A stretch of DNA of 38,324 nucleotides from a virus (lineage: Duplodnaviria; Caudoviricetes), in IMG/VR virus record IMGVR_UViG_3300039918_000012, positions 1 to 38,324 of that record; one strand, written 5' to 3'. Positions 8,251 to 16,574 of the stretch are shown here, one piece after another. Below the pieces are notes generated by a model. That model was not told where the DNA came from, did no database searches, and saw only the letters and a program-made list of their open reading frames with translations. The position numbers and the translations under genes are program-made. Numbering within the stretch: the first letter of the stretch is position 1; every line of letters starts with the position of its first letter.

Positions 8251-9510
8251 TTAAACAGTGTCAAAATCGTTAAGGGGGTTAATATCAAGCGCAGGGCGCT
8301 TATCTGATTCATGTGCTACAGTTGGTTTTCCTTCTGGACGCACAATAAGGTCTTGGACTTTCGTCCATTGGCGCGGACCAATCACACCTGCTTTTTGCAA
8401 CTTTTCAGCATTGGTTGGTGAGATCAGCTTCAAGTCGTACATTTCTTCGACTTTCAAGCGCATGCCTTTCAATACTTGTTCAGCATCTTCAGCATTTGCC
8501 CATGTGCGATTTCCTGCACGGCCTTGCACAAGCTTGTAGCCTGGGACTTGTTCGCCACTGTGCAATTTGCTACTTACAGCTTCGGCAACCGCTTTAGACC
8601 ACGATTCGATTAGCGGAAGTGCTGCGTATAGCTTTGCTAATAGTTGGTTTTCGTGTTGTGGCACGTCTTCCACTGCCTGCTTGATCTCAACTTCAAGATC
8701 ACATGTCGATAGATCGTCGAATTCACCTGCGACCGTTTCGATTACGTGCTCAATAAGAGCAGGGCAAGTTGCTTTTGCCTTACACCAGTGGCATTGTTTT
8801 TCGCCTGGATTCAGCATGTCCTTTGCTTCAAAAATCGCAGTACCTGCATCAATTGCTTTGAGCATTTGCACTGTGTTTTTTGCACGATGCGCGAAGTCGT
8901 ACAGATCTTCGATGCTGACTACTGACTCAGACACGTGGTTCAACCGCGGTTGATGGATAACAAGCCGTGCGTGCGTGAAATCCCCAAACATGCCGAAGTC
9001 GCTTAGCGCACCGAGCGCATACAACTTCAATTGCTCGTTGTTTTCTGCATCGACTTTCACGCCACGTCCATATTTCAAGTCGTGGACTTGAATTTCGGAT
9101 TGCCCGATGATGATTGCGTCACCTGTACCAAACGCATTTTCAGCATCGATAAAGCCTGAAAAATTGACACGTTGCTCAACTAATAAATCGTTGCCGTCAG
9201 CTTGTGAGCGAACCGCATCGAGATACTTTTGAACGTTTTCAGACATTTCTAGGTCGACACAAAAACCTGTGCGTGTTTCAGCGTTTTCATTGTCCCAAGC
9301 GGCATTGCCGTTTTTTACTGCAATGAAGCAATCCAAAAAGTCAGCAGCATTGCGATCGCGTTCTAAACATTCAGATGCTAGAAAATGTGCTGCCGTACCT
9401 TCATCCGCATGAACAGATGAAGTATTGGCAATGTTTTTTTCTAGGATCATGCTGCCTGGGCATGGGATCCATCGGTGGGCAGCAGATGGGCTGAATTTCG
9501 CATGTGCCAT
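8251..9510 (-). CDS. DUF2800 Cas4-like PD-(D/E)xK exonuclease
   Basis: HAKFSPSAAHRWIPCPGS, EGTAAH, FGTGD, DLKYGRG, QLKLYALG, CHWCKAKATC cysteine cluster. Confidence 0.9.
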   Translation of the reverse strand: MAHAKFSPSAAHRWIPCPGSMILEKNIANTSSVHADEGTAAHFLASECLERDRNAADFLDCFIAVKNGNAAWDNENAETRTGFCVDLEMSENVQKYLDAVRSQADGNDLLVEQRVNFSGFIDAENAFGTGDAIIIGQSEIQVHDLKYGRGVKVDAENNEQLKLYALGALSDFGMFGDFTHARLVIHQPRLNHVSESVVSIEDLYDFAHRAKNTVQMLKAIDAGTAIFEAKDMLNPGEKQCHWCKAKATCPALIEHVIETVAGEFDDLSTCDLEVEIKQAVEDVPQHENQLLAKLYAALPLIESWSKAVAEAVSSKLHSGEQVPGYKLVQGRAGNRTWANAEDAEQVLKGMRLKVEEMYDLKLISPTNAEKLQKAGVIGPRQWTKVQDLIVRPEGKPTVAHESDKRPALDINPLNDFDTV

Positions 9511-9514
9511 GTAC

Positions 9515-9691
9515 TTAACCCCCGATATACGTGGTGTAAGTCATGAAACAGATGCCAATTGCAAGTGTAGTCAGCATGATCGTTACTGCAATTACTTCAC
9601 CGCGAGTCATGATCGGTTGGTGTTTTGGCTTTGCGAAATCTGTGGCTTGCAAACGCTTTGCACAGATTTGATCTAATTTTTGATTACGCAT
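9515..9691 (-). CDS. Small hypothetical membrane protein
   Basis: Hydrophobic C-terminal helix VIAVTIMLTTLAIGICFM; overlaps the upstream stop. Confidence 0.6.
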   Translation of the reverse strand: MRNQKLDQICAKRLQATDFAKPKHQPIMTRGEVIAVTIMLTTLAIGICFMTYTTYIGG

Positions 9692-10088
9692 TAGCATTCT
9701 CCGCAAGTTGAATAACAGCAGCAAAATCAGATTCTTTGATCGATGAAATGTTTGATACGTTGAACTTCGCCAAGATTGCAGCTAAGTCGTCACGTGATTT
9801 TTTAGCAACCTGCATAAGTGCACTTTTCACGTCGTCACGAGTGTATGCAGCAGTAGCGGCTTCAACTTCTGTTTCAACAACTGGTTCAGGTTCAGTTGGT
9901 GTTTCAGCAGTTTGAACTTGCTCTAAAACTTGTAGCGCTTTGGCTTCGGCAGGGTGGTTGATGGTGTTGCTGAAAACGAAAGTTTCGAGCTTTGAAACTT
10001 CAGCAATAATCTCTTCCGCACTTGTTTTGCCTGCTGCGATAAGCGATTGGCACATTTCGTTGCGCCAGGTTGATGTGTCGTGTGTCAT
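9684..10088 (-). CDS. Hypothetical phage protein, first gene of the PL operon
   Basis: Low-complexity ETPTEPEP linker plus helical C-terminal domain of the kind seen upstream of DUF2800 genes; start at ATG 10088 after AAGG. Confidence 0.7.
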   Translation of the reverse strand: MTHDTSTWRNEMCQSLIAAGKTSAEEIIAEVSKLETFVFSNTINHPAEAKALQVLEQVQTAETPTEPEPVVETEVEAATAAYTRDDVKSALMQVAKKSRDDLAAILAKFNVSNISSIKESDFAAVIQLAENANA

Positions 10089-10093
10089 ATTAT

Positions 10094-10201
10094 TTATACC
10101 TTTGGTATGAACTTTATGTTGCAAATATAGCCGCAGGTATAAACATTCGTCAATAGAAAATTATACTTTTAATATGAATTTGTTTTAAACTTTTGATATG
10201 A
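10094..10201. promoter_or_regulatory. OL/PL region: 17-bp palindromic operators and leftward promoter
   Basis: TTATACCTTTGGTATGA (10094-10110), TTATACTTTTAATATGA (10161-10177), TTAAACTTTTGATATGA (10185-10201), half-site ending GGTATAA at 10142; minus-strand TTGACG (10153-10148) ... TATATT (10129-10124). Confidence 0.75.
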
Positions 10202-10227
10202 AAATGAATTTATTTTTTTATAGCAAT

Positions 10228-10250
10228 AAAAAACCGCCTATTCAGGCGGC
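10228..10250 (-). terminator. Intrinsic terminator after cI
   Basis: CCGCCT-ATTC-AGGCGG stem with an A-tract on the plus strand (U-tract on minus). Confidence 0.7.
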
Positions 10251-10268
10251 TTATTTCGATGTAGATGT

Positions 10269-11390
10269 TTAATTTCGGAGTTTTCTGATGTGATCGATCA
10301 CTGTTGCAATAATCTTGATGTCTTGAAAACGTGAATCCAAGTTTGGATAATTTTCGTTCAATGCTACCAATTCAAAATATTCACGTCCGTTTTCATCAAA
10401 GCCTCTAGGTTTATATTTTTTGAATGTTGCTTCGTGCCCATTGTTCTGAGCAATAACAAAATCACCAGGCATTGGTTGCACGTCAGGATCGACAATGATT
10501 TTGTCTCCTGGTCTAAAATCGGGAGACATACTGTCTCCAACAATTTCCAAGGCGAAAGAATATTGTCCTAAATCACTGGCGTAAGTTGCGACAAATTCAT
10601 CTTGGGCATTTAAAACCGCTTCTTTAAAGCTTCCTGCTTGCACAAAACTAATTAATGGCACGAGTCTGATACCACTTTCCTGTATTTTTTGAACATTTAC
10701 ATTGTTTTGGATTAATTGTTTTTCTAAGACATCTTCAATGTCTTGTTTAATTTCATCAACCACGTCGGGTTCATTTTCCAGTTTTTCTAAAGCTTCTTGC
10801 AAGCGGTTATTCGATAGTTTTCTACCTATTACGTCAAATGTTGACGCAGTAAGTGCGCCTGCTATAACACCTAAACCACCTGAGGTTATGCCTAAAGCAG
10901 CTGCGCCTATAACACCCCCGAGGCCCGCACCTGTTATATAACCCAAAGCCGTTCGGGCATCATTCACTTGCTTTGTCATTTCTCCATCGCCAGTGACAAG
11001 CCAGGCGAAATCTACTTCTGTAAATTCAGCGATCTTTTCTAGAGTATCTTTACCTACCTTTCCTTTTTTCCAATTGGTTGGTGCACCTGCAGACATCCCT
11101 AGCGCCTGTGCAAGACCATTCCAGCTTAATTTGATTTTGTCTTTTCCTGCTTTGTAGTCGATGGCTGCTTGGATTCGCTGAGCGAGGGGGTGTATGTTAG
11201 AGCCGATGTGTATATTTCTTTTTGTACTTTTCTCTCGAGTATTAGGATCTATTTCTTCAACGTCATCTGTAAGAATAGTCGGTAAAAAAGCCTCTTTGTT
11301 TGGAGTAAAAACAATTTTTTTATGAGCTTGTTGACAATCATTGTTTACGTTAGTTTCCGCAACCATTTTGTCTTTTGACTGATCACTCAT
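10269..11390 (-). CDS. cI: CI-like repressor (XRE HTH plus S24 peptidase) with N-terminal extension and glycine-zipper insert
   Basis: HTH SWNGLAQALGMSAGAPTNWKKG; VQAG cleavage site, GDSMSP catalytic Ser, ATFKK catalytic Lys; divergent from cro. Confidence 0.9.
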   Translation of the reverse strand: MSDQSKDKMVAETNVNNDCQQAHKKIVFTPNKEAFLPTILTDDVEEIDPNTREKSTKRNIHIGSNIHPLAQRIQAAIDYKAGKDKIKLSWNGLAQALGMSAGAPTNWKKGKVGKDTLEKIAEFTEVDFAWLVTGDGEMTKQVNDARTALGYITGAGLGGVIGAAALGITSGGLGVIAGALTASTFDVIGRKLSNNRLQEALEKLENEPDVVDEIKQDIEDVLEKQLIQNNVNVQKIQESGIRLVPLISFVQAGSFKEAVLNAQDEFVATYASDLGQYSFALEIVGDSMSPDFRPGDKIIVDPDVQPMPGDFVIAQNNGHEATFKKYKPRGFDENGREYFELVALNENYPNLDSRFQDIKIIATVIDHIRKLRN

Positions 11391-11443
11391 GCTGTTTTCC
11401 CCTTTTCAATGTATCAGGAAATATTTCTTCTGTACTTTCTTAA

Positions 11444-11542
11444 TTATACCTAATGTATAAATGTTTTTACCCCTTTTTTGTATCTGGAAGTCTTGTCTTT
11501 ATTCATACCATTGGTATAACATGATTTATATTTAACGTATAA
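11444..11542. promoter_or_regulatory. OR region: three 17-bp operators between cI and cro
   Basis: TTATACCTAATGTATAA (11444-11460), TCATACCATTGGTATAA (11503-11519), TTATATTTAACGTATAA (11526-11542); same consensus as the OL sites. Confidence 0.8.
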
Positions 11543-11552
11543 AGAGGCTTTT

Positions 11553-11822
11553 ATGTTTGAAGATGAAACGGTGCTGGCAAGTGTTGTTCGAAAAATCGGG
11601 GGACAAGTTAAAACAGGCGAAGCTTGTGGCGTTACTGCCGCAGTGGTGGGCCGCTGGATTAAGCAACAACATTTGCCTCGAACGGACTACACGGGCGAAA
11701 CAGATTACGCAGGGGTACTAGCAGAGGCTAGTGGTTTTCTGTTCACTCGCGATGAAATCCTAAAAGAATGCAATCCCGCCAATGTTAAGGGTAGAAAAAT
11801 GGGGTTAAGCAGCGATGAGTGA
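11553..11822 (+). CDS. cro: Cro-like repressor
   Basis: IGGQVKTGEACGVTAAVVGRWIKQQHLPRTDYTGETDYA HTH, divergent from cI. Confidence 0.8.
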   Translation: MFEDETVLASVVRKIGGQVKTGEACGVTAAVVGRWIKQQHLPRTDYTGETDYAGVLAEASGFLFTRDEILKECNPANVKGRKMGLSSDE

Positions 11823-12231
11823 ACAAGGCAAAAAATACGATAGTGATAAGCCGCGCTTTTCACTCATTCCGCAAGGGACATTGCAGCCAGTGATTCGTGT
11901 TCTTGAATTTGGTGCGAAGAAATACTCCGAAAACAATTGGCGCAATGTAGAAAATGCCCGTACTCGCTATTTCGATGCGGCGCATCGCCATATTGATGCC
12001 TACTGGCATGGTGAAAAAAACGATGTGGAAACAGGGGAATCGCATTTGGCACATGCAATTTGCTGCTTGATGTTTTTATTAGCAATGGAGTCAGACAAAA
12101 AGCTTCCTGAAATTTGCGATCACAATTGGCAAGAAGCTACTGCGGCTGGTGATGGGCATCGTACTTTCCTTTGTTCTAAATGCCCTACGAAAAAGGCTGT
12201 GCCGTTTGGCGAGAAGAAGGTGGTGTTATGA
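11815..12231 (+). CDS. dATP/dGTP diphosphohydrolase-like protein (DUF5664 type) with C-terminal Zn-finger-like tail
   Basis: KYDSDKPRFSLIP, GAKKYSENNW, DAAHRH, GEKNDVETGESHLAHAICCLMFL; tail CDHNW...CSKC. Confidence 0.82.
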   Translation: MSEQGKKYDSDKPRFSLIPQGTLQPVIRVLEFGAKKYSENNWRNVENARTRYFDAAHRHIDAYWHGEKNDVETGESHLAHAICCLMFLLAMESDKKLPEICDHNWQEATAAGDGHRTFLCSKCPTKKAVPFGEKKVVL

Positions 12232-14831
12232 CTAATTTTAGAGAGCAGGGCAAAAAGCTTCTTGCGTATAACTATTTAATCGTGCCGATTAAGCCAGGTG
12301 AAAAACGCCCTGCTTTAAAAGATTGGCAGGATGCGCGTATCACGGCAACTGACCTTCTTAATTATCCGAATTGCGGCATCGGTGTGTTGACTGGGCAAGG
12401 ACAATTTCCAATTTGTGCCGTAGATATTGACGTACTGGATGAACACTTTGCCCATGACTATGCAGAATGGTGTCGTGACAATCTAGGCGTTAGTTGTGAA
12501 CGTGTCGGGAAAGCCCCAAAAATGCTGATGGTTTATCGTGCAGAGGAAGCTAACTGGAGTAAATCGACTTCAGCGTGGTTCGCGGATCCTGTCGAAGTGA
12601 ACAAGCCATTCAAAGAAATGGTCAAACAGCGTTTAGAAGTGTTGGGTCGCGGGCAACAATTCGTTGCGTACCATGTACATCCAGATACAGGCAAACCGTA
12701 CGAATGGGTAGACTTTTTCGGCGGTTTAACTGAGTTTTCAGCAGAAACATTGCCAGTAGTGAGCAAAGAGCAAATTGCTGAAGCTGTAGAAATGTTCGAA
12801 ACGATGGCACAGAAACATGGTCTTGTTCGTGTTAAGAACAGCACATCGAAAGTCGGTGCTTTAACATCAAGCGAACTTGATGATGAAGACGACCCGTTGA
12901 TGACTACCACCATGCCTGTAGGTTGGAACATTGCGGATGCTAAAAAATACCTTGAGTACATTGACAATGAAGATTTTGAAACCTGGCTTCGTGTCGGCAT
13001 GTCTTTACATCACGAATTTGCTGCTAGCGACGATGCTTTGCAACTTTGGGATGCTTGGTCCTCAAGCGCGAGTAACTATTCTTCGTTTGAAGATCACGCA
13101 TACCGATGGTCTACGTTCAGTCAAACAGGGTCTAGCATCATTACCACCCACTGGCTACTTAAAACAGGTCGTGAATCTAAACAAGAAAAAGTCAGAGCTG
13201 AAAAACGTCAGGCTTTAGCCAGCGTTAAAAAGCAGATTGCTTCATGTGAAGACACGCAGGAGTTGCTGCAAAAAGTAGCCAAAGAAGCAGGGCAGATCGC
13301 AGGTACTGACTTGGCATTGCGTGCTGAATTATCGGGCCTGATTCGTAAACGCTTTAAGCAAATCTCAGACATCGGCCTAACCATGCGCGAAATCAATATC
13401 GCTATGGGCGGTAAAAAAGTACAAGTTGCTTTCGATGATTCTAAAAAATTGCCAATGACCGAATTCGGCAATGCTTCGCGCATGTTGGATATGTTCGGTA
13501 ATGAAATTATGTTTGTTGCCGAAACTTCGTCTTGGTACCGCTGGAACGCCGTCTACTGGGAGCCATGTGTGAACATGGTAATCGAGCAGTACGCAAAGCA
13601 GACTGTATTGGCATTAGGGGATGAAGCCAAAAAGATTGATGACGATGCTCAACGCGCTGAGTTCTATCAATTCTGTGCTGCAAGCCAAAAGGCATATATG
13701 GTCACTAATATGGTGCGATTGGCACAGTCGGATCCGCGGGTACTTGTACCAATTAAAGAGTTGGACAGTGACTTGTATTTGCTCGGTTGTGCCAACGGTG
13801 CTGTTGATTTACGCACTGGGGATTTAGTGCCGCCGTCGCAGGATTTACTGATTACGAATAGCACGCACGTTGAATATCATCCAAAAGCGAAATGTCCTTT
13901 GTTTGAAAAGACAGTGCTTGATGCCTTTTTTGGTGACCAAGCAATGGCTGATTTCTTTCGTCGTTTAATGGGCTACGCCATTTTAGGCAATCCAAAGGAA
14001 AACTTAATTGTGATTCCTTTCGGTGACGGTTCAAACGGTAAATCGACTGTGCTAACCACAATTTTTAAGGCACTTGGTGACTACGCCAAAATGACGCCTG
14101 CTGAAACATTTCTAGGCGATGGCAAGTCCAGCGCCGGCGGTGCACGTGAAGATTTACTTCGTTTACGCGGCGCTCGTTTCGTCTATGTGGGAGAACCTGA
14201 CGAAAACAAGGAGCTGAAAGAAGGATTGGTTAAATCTATGACTGGTGGCGAATCGATCATTGCACGTGGTCTTTATTCTAAAGTTTCGGTCGAATTTACC
14301 CCGACTTGGACTGTGGTCATGCCTACTAACCATAAGCCGATTATTAAAGGCGGTGACCATGGTATTTGGCGTCGTTTGATGATGGTACCTTTCACCAGGA
14401 ACTATGACAAAGACTCGAACGTGAAAAAGGATACGAGCCGTACGGAGAAGTTGAAAGGCGAGTTGCAAGGCGTGCTGACGTGGTTGGTTCGTGGCGCACT
14501 TGAGTATCAGCAAGATGGATTAAACGAGCCGCAGCAAACTAAAGAAGCCCGGGATGAATATAAAGAGGATATGGACCTTTTGTCTGACTGGATTCGTGAA
14601 TGTTGCGAGATTGGGGACTTTCGTGAAACGTCGCAAAACCTATGGGTAAGTTGGCAACAATATGCCGAAGCACGTAAAGAATTACGCTATATACCGACTG
14701 CCCGAGCGCTTGGTAGGCGTCTTGCAAGTCGCTTTAAGTCGATTAAAGGAACGGGCGGAAAAAGAATGATTAGCGGTTTACGTGTTGTTGGTGGCGATGT
14801 TTCCGCAGATTTTACGGACGAGCATAAATAA
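12228..14831 (+). CDS. Bifunctional primase-polymerase / PriCT-2 / D5-type SF3 helicase (P4-family primase-helicase)
   Basis: AVDIDV prim-pol motif, WLRVGMSLH PriCT-2, GDGSNGKST Walker A, TNHKP, GIWRRL; ATGA overlap at 12228. Confidence 0.93.
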   Translation: MTNFREQGKKLLAYNYLIVPIKPGEKRPALKDWQDARITATDLLNYPNCGIGVLTGQGQFPICAVDIDVLDEHFAHDYAEWCRDNLGVSCERVGKAPKMLMVYRAEEANWSKSTSAWFADPVEVNKPFKEMVKQRLEVLGRGQQFVAYHVHPDTGKPYEWVDFFGGLTEFSAETLPVVSKEQIAEAVEMFETMAQKHGLVRVKNSTSKVGALTSSELDDEDDPLMTTTMPVGWNIADAKKYLEYIDNEDFETWLRVGMSLHHEFAASDDALQLWDAWSSSASNYSSFEDHAYRWSTFSQTGSSIITTHWLLKTGRESKQEKVRAEKRQALASVKKQIASCEDTQELLQKVAKEAGQIAGTDLALRAELSGLIRKRFKQISDIGLTMREINIAMGGKKVQVAFDDSKKLPMTEFGNASRMLDMFGNEIMFVAETSSWYRWNAVYWEPCVNMVIEQYAKQTVLALGDEAKKIDDDAQRAEFYQFCAASQKAYMVTNMVRLAQSDPRVLVPIKELDSDLYLLGCANGAVDLRTGDLVPPSQDLLITNSTHVEYHPKAKCPLFEKTVLDAFFGDQAMADFFRRLMGYAILGNPKENLIVIPFGDGSNGKSTVLTTIFKALGDYAKMTPAETFLGDGKSSAGGAREDLLRLRGARFVYVGEPDENKELKEGLVKSMTGGESIIARGLYSKVSVEFTPTWTVVMPTNHKPIIKGGDHGIWRRLMMVPFTRNYDKDSNVKKDTSRTEKLKGELQGVLTWLVRGALEYQQDGLNEPQQTKEARDEYKEDMDLLSDWIRECCEIGDFRETSQNLWVSWQQYAEARKELRYIPTARALGRRLASRFKSIKGTGGKRMISGLRVVGGDVSADFTDEHK

Positions 14832-14906
14832 GTTTAAGCGGTGAGCATGTAATTTTTTGCATATATGCAGTTTTTTACGTGTTTGTGTTTACAAAGAAAG
14901 GGTAAG

Positions 14907-15006
14907 AGTGGCGTAAGTGGCGTAAAAGTGGCGTTTTTCAGGAAGTATCCTATATATATATTAGCTATTTCCTGAAAAATGACTAAATAAAGCCACTTAC
15001 GCCACT
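14907..15006. repeat. Probable replication origin: convergent iterons around an AT-rich palindrome
   Basis: AGTGGCGT x3 (14907, 14916, 14927), inverted copies GCCACT/ACGCCACT (14992, 14999), TTTTTCAGGAA/TTCCTGAAAAA inverted repeat around a (TA)n core. Confidence 0.7.
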
Positions 15007-15044
15007 TGATTAAAAAATATACAAAATTAGCAGGGCAAAAAGCG

Positions 15045-15491
15045 ATGGGAAATTTAAAAGCACGGCCACATTTCAGCGTGGCTATTGATTGGCAAAGCAG
15101 GACGATCGAGCAATGGTTAGAACAATATGGATCTTGGCTTTTGCTAGACAGCAACAATGTGTCTTTGGGTGCAAAAAGCTCATTGGCATACATTTGTGAA
15201 AGTGCATCTGGTGTTAAAGTAGATAGACGTAGACGCTCATTGCCTCGTTGCAATATCAGTGTCTATGAAGCAATGGCAATTGAAGATCTATTGGCGCACG
15301 CTCACCAGACAGAAAACAAGAAAGTGCTGCAGTGGTTTAGAGTAGCAACTATGTATTACGTGGCAGGATTGCCTGAAGAATATATTGCAGAAAAATGGGA
15401 CATAACGATGTATACAGTGAAGCGCGACAAGATGGCAGGCATACTTCGTTTAGCAACAAGATTTAAACTTCGCAGCTTTTTAACTGAATAA
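15045..15491 (+). CDS. Late antiterminator Q-like protein
   Basis: IEQWLEQYGSW N-terminus, C-terminal sigma-4-like HTH (EEYIAEKWDITMYTVKRD), located between replication and late genes and followed by a promoter-terminator pair. Confidence 0.7.
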   Translation: MGNLKARPHFSVAIDWQSRTIEQWLEQYGSWLLLDSNNVSLGAKSSLAYICESASGVKVDRRRRSLPRCNISVYEAMAIEDLLAHAHQTENKKVLQWFRVATMYYVAGLPEEYIAEKWDITMYTVKRDKMAGILRLATRFKLRSFLTE

Positions 15492-15591
15492 TTGACTTGT
15501 CGACAGCATAATGGCATATTTGTGTTAAGTGGTCGAAGTTCCGCACTAGCCACCGATTACCGTAAAGGCTCACAGAAATGTGGGCTTTTTT
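15492..15591 (+). promoter_or_regulatory. Late promoter with downstream terminator (pR'/tR'-like)
   Basis: TTGACT at 15492, TG-extended -10-like CATATT, then AAAGGCTCACA-GAAA-TGTGGGCTTTTT hairpin. Confidence 0.6.
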
Positions 15592-15608
15592 AATTTCGAG
15601 AGAATCAA

Positions 15609-15722
15609 ATGTTGCGATTCTTAATGTGCTTATTCGGCTTACACGGTGCGACTGAGATCGACTACTCGGTTGATGATGAAGAAATCAATGTGTGTCGGGA
15701 TTGTATGAAAGAAATTGATTAG
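15609..15722 (+). CDS. 37-aa small Zn-finger-like phage protein (DUF1660-like)
   Basis: MLRFLMCLFGLHGATEIDYSVDDEEINVCRDCMKEID; GAGAG RBS; below the ORF-track cutoff. Confidence 0.6.
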   Translation: MLRFLMCLFGLHGATEIDYSVDDEEINVCRDCMKEID

Positions 15723-15754
15723 TTTCCCCAAAGTCGAGCGTATTACGACATATA

Positions 15755-15785
15755 ACCCTACTCAACTAAATTGAGTAGGGTTTTT
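15755..15785 (+). terminator. Intrinsic terminator
   Basis: AACCCTACTCAA-CTAAA-TTGAGTAGGGTT followed by a T-tract. Confidence 0.7.
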
Positions 15786-15807
15786 CTTTTCCTATTGGCG
15801 GTGGTTT

Positions 15808-15993
15808 ATGGGACAGAACAAGCACGAACTACAACAGAATCTAAAAGATTATGTAATTGAACGTGAGCGATGGTGTCTAGTATTGGCAAGTAACACAGCG
15901 CCGTTTGCTTTAAAGAATATGGCCTATGCACATGTTCGATTGCTAGATAAAAGGATTCAAAACATTCAATGGCTACTGGATGTAAATCGATGA
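15808..15993 (+). CDS. Hypothetical protein
   Basis: GGTGG RBS; ATGA coupling to the next ORF. Confidence 0.5.
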   Translation: MGQNKHELQQNLKDYVIERERWCLVLASNTAPFALKNMAYAHVRLLDKRIQNIQWLLDVNR

Positions 15994-16154
15994 CATGCAA
16001 AGGATGTGAGGCAAGACGTGAGTGGATGAAAGAACAATATGAGCGATCAAAAGAAAGAATGCGGTTGTGTATTGAACAACTTACTTCCAAAGCTAATAGA
16101 ACAGAACAACCAGCTGATTCAGCAAAACAACCAACTCATCCAGATCAACAATGA
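15990..16154 (+). CDS. Small CxxC phage protein (MTCKGCEARREW...)
   Basis: ATGA-coupled start; overlaps the next ORF in another frame. Confidence 0.5.
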   Translation: MTCKGCEARREWMKEQYERSKERMRLCIEQLTSKANRTEQPADSAKQPTHPDQQ

Positions 16155-16242
16155 ACAGAATGCTCAGATCAATGAGCTACTGATTCAGTTGGAAGGCGGT
16201 GATGATGATGAGCAACCTAAGTCGCCTTATTTGGATGGGTAG
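16039..16242 (+). CDS. Small coiled-coil phage protein
   Basis: Heptad repeats LIEQNNQ-LIQQNNQ-LIQINNE, acidic C-terminus ending YLDG. Confidence 0.65.
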   Translation: MSDQKKECGCVLNNLLPKLIEQNNQLIQQNNQLIQINNEQNAQINELLIQLEGGDDDEQPKSPYLDG

Positions 16243-16244
16243 GT

Positions 16245-16574
16245 ATGTTTGAGCTAATTAAGAAGTGGTTAAAGCGACCAATCGTTATTAATTTTACAGT
16301 AGAGCCTTTATCACCAGATGCAGTAATCAATGTGCTAAGAACAGAAAGACCAATTACTCCTGAGATTGCAGAGGCTGTCAAGAAGTCATGGCCAGAGTTC
16401 TGCAAGTCTAAGGCAGTGGTGCTTTGTCCAGGTGGGGCACTTGAGCAGATGAGTGATGAGCAGCTTAAGGCTATTGGACTGATGCGAGTGGAAGTGAATG
16501 AAACTACCCAGACTGCAAAGCAAACTACAAGCGATGACACCGAAGGCGCCGAGACCAATCAAACAGGTCAGTGA
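16245..16574 (+). CDS. Hypothetical phage protein
   Basis: 109-aa ORF starting 2 nt after the previous stop. Confidence 0.6.
   Translation: MFELIKKWLKRPIVINFTVEPLSPDAVINVLRTERPITPEIAEAVKKSWPEFCKSKAVVLCPGGALEQMSDEQLKAIGLMRVEVNETTQTAKQTTSDDTEGAETNQTGQ

Noticed and set aside
8251-9510. CRISPR-Cas system suggested by the Cas4-like nuclease
   Set aside because: No repeat-spacer array or other cas genes seen; DUF2800 is a standard member of this replication module
4441-12231. Z-genome (2-aminoadenine) or other base-modification pathway
   Set aside because: PolA and a dNTP diphosphohydrolase-like gene are present, but no PurZ, HD dATPase, Que/Dpd or transferase genes are visible
14834-15253. 139-aa minus-strand ORF
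   Set aside because: Antisense to the Q-like gene and spans the origin repeats; no recognisable motifs
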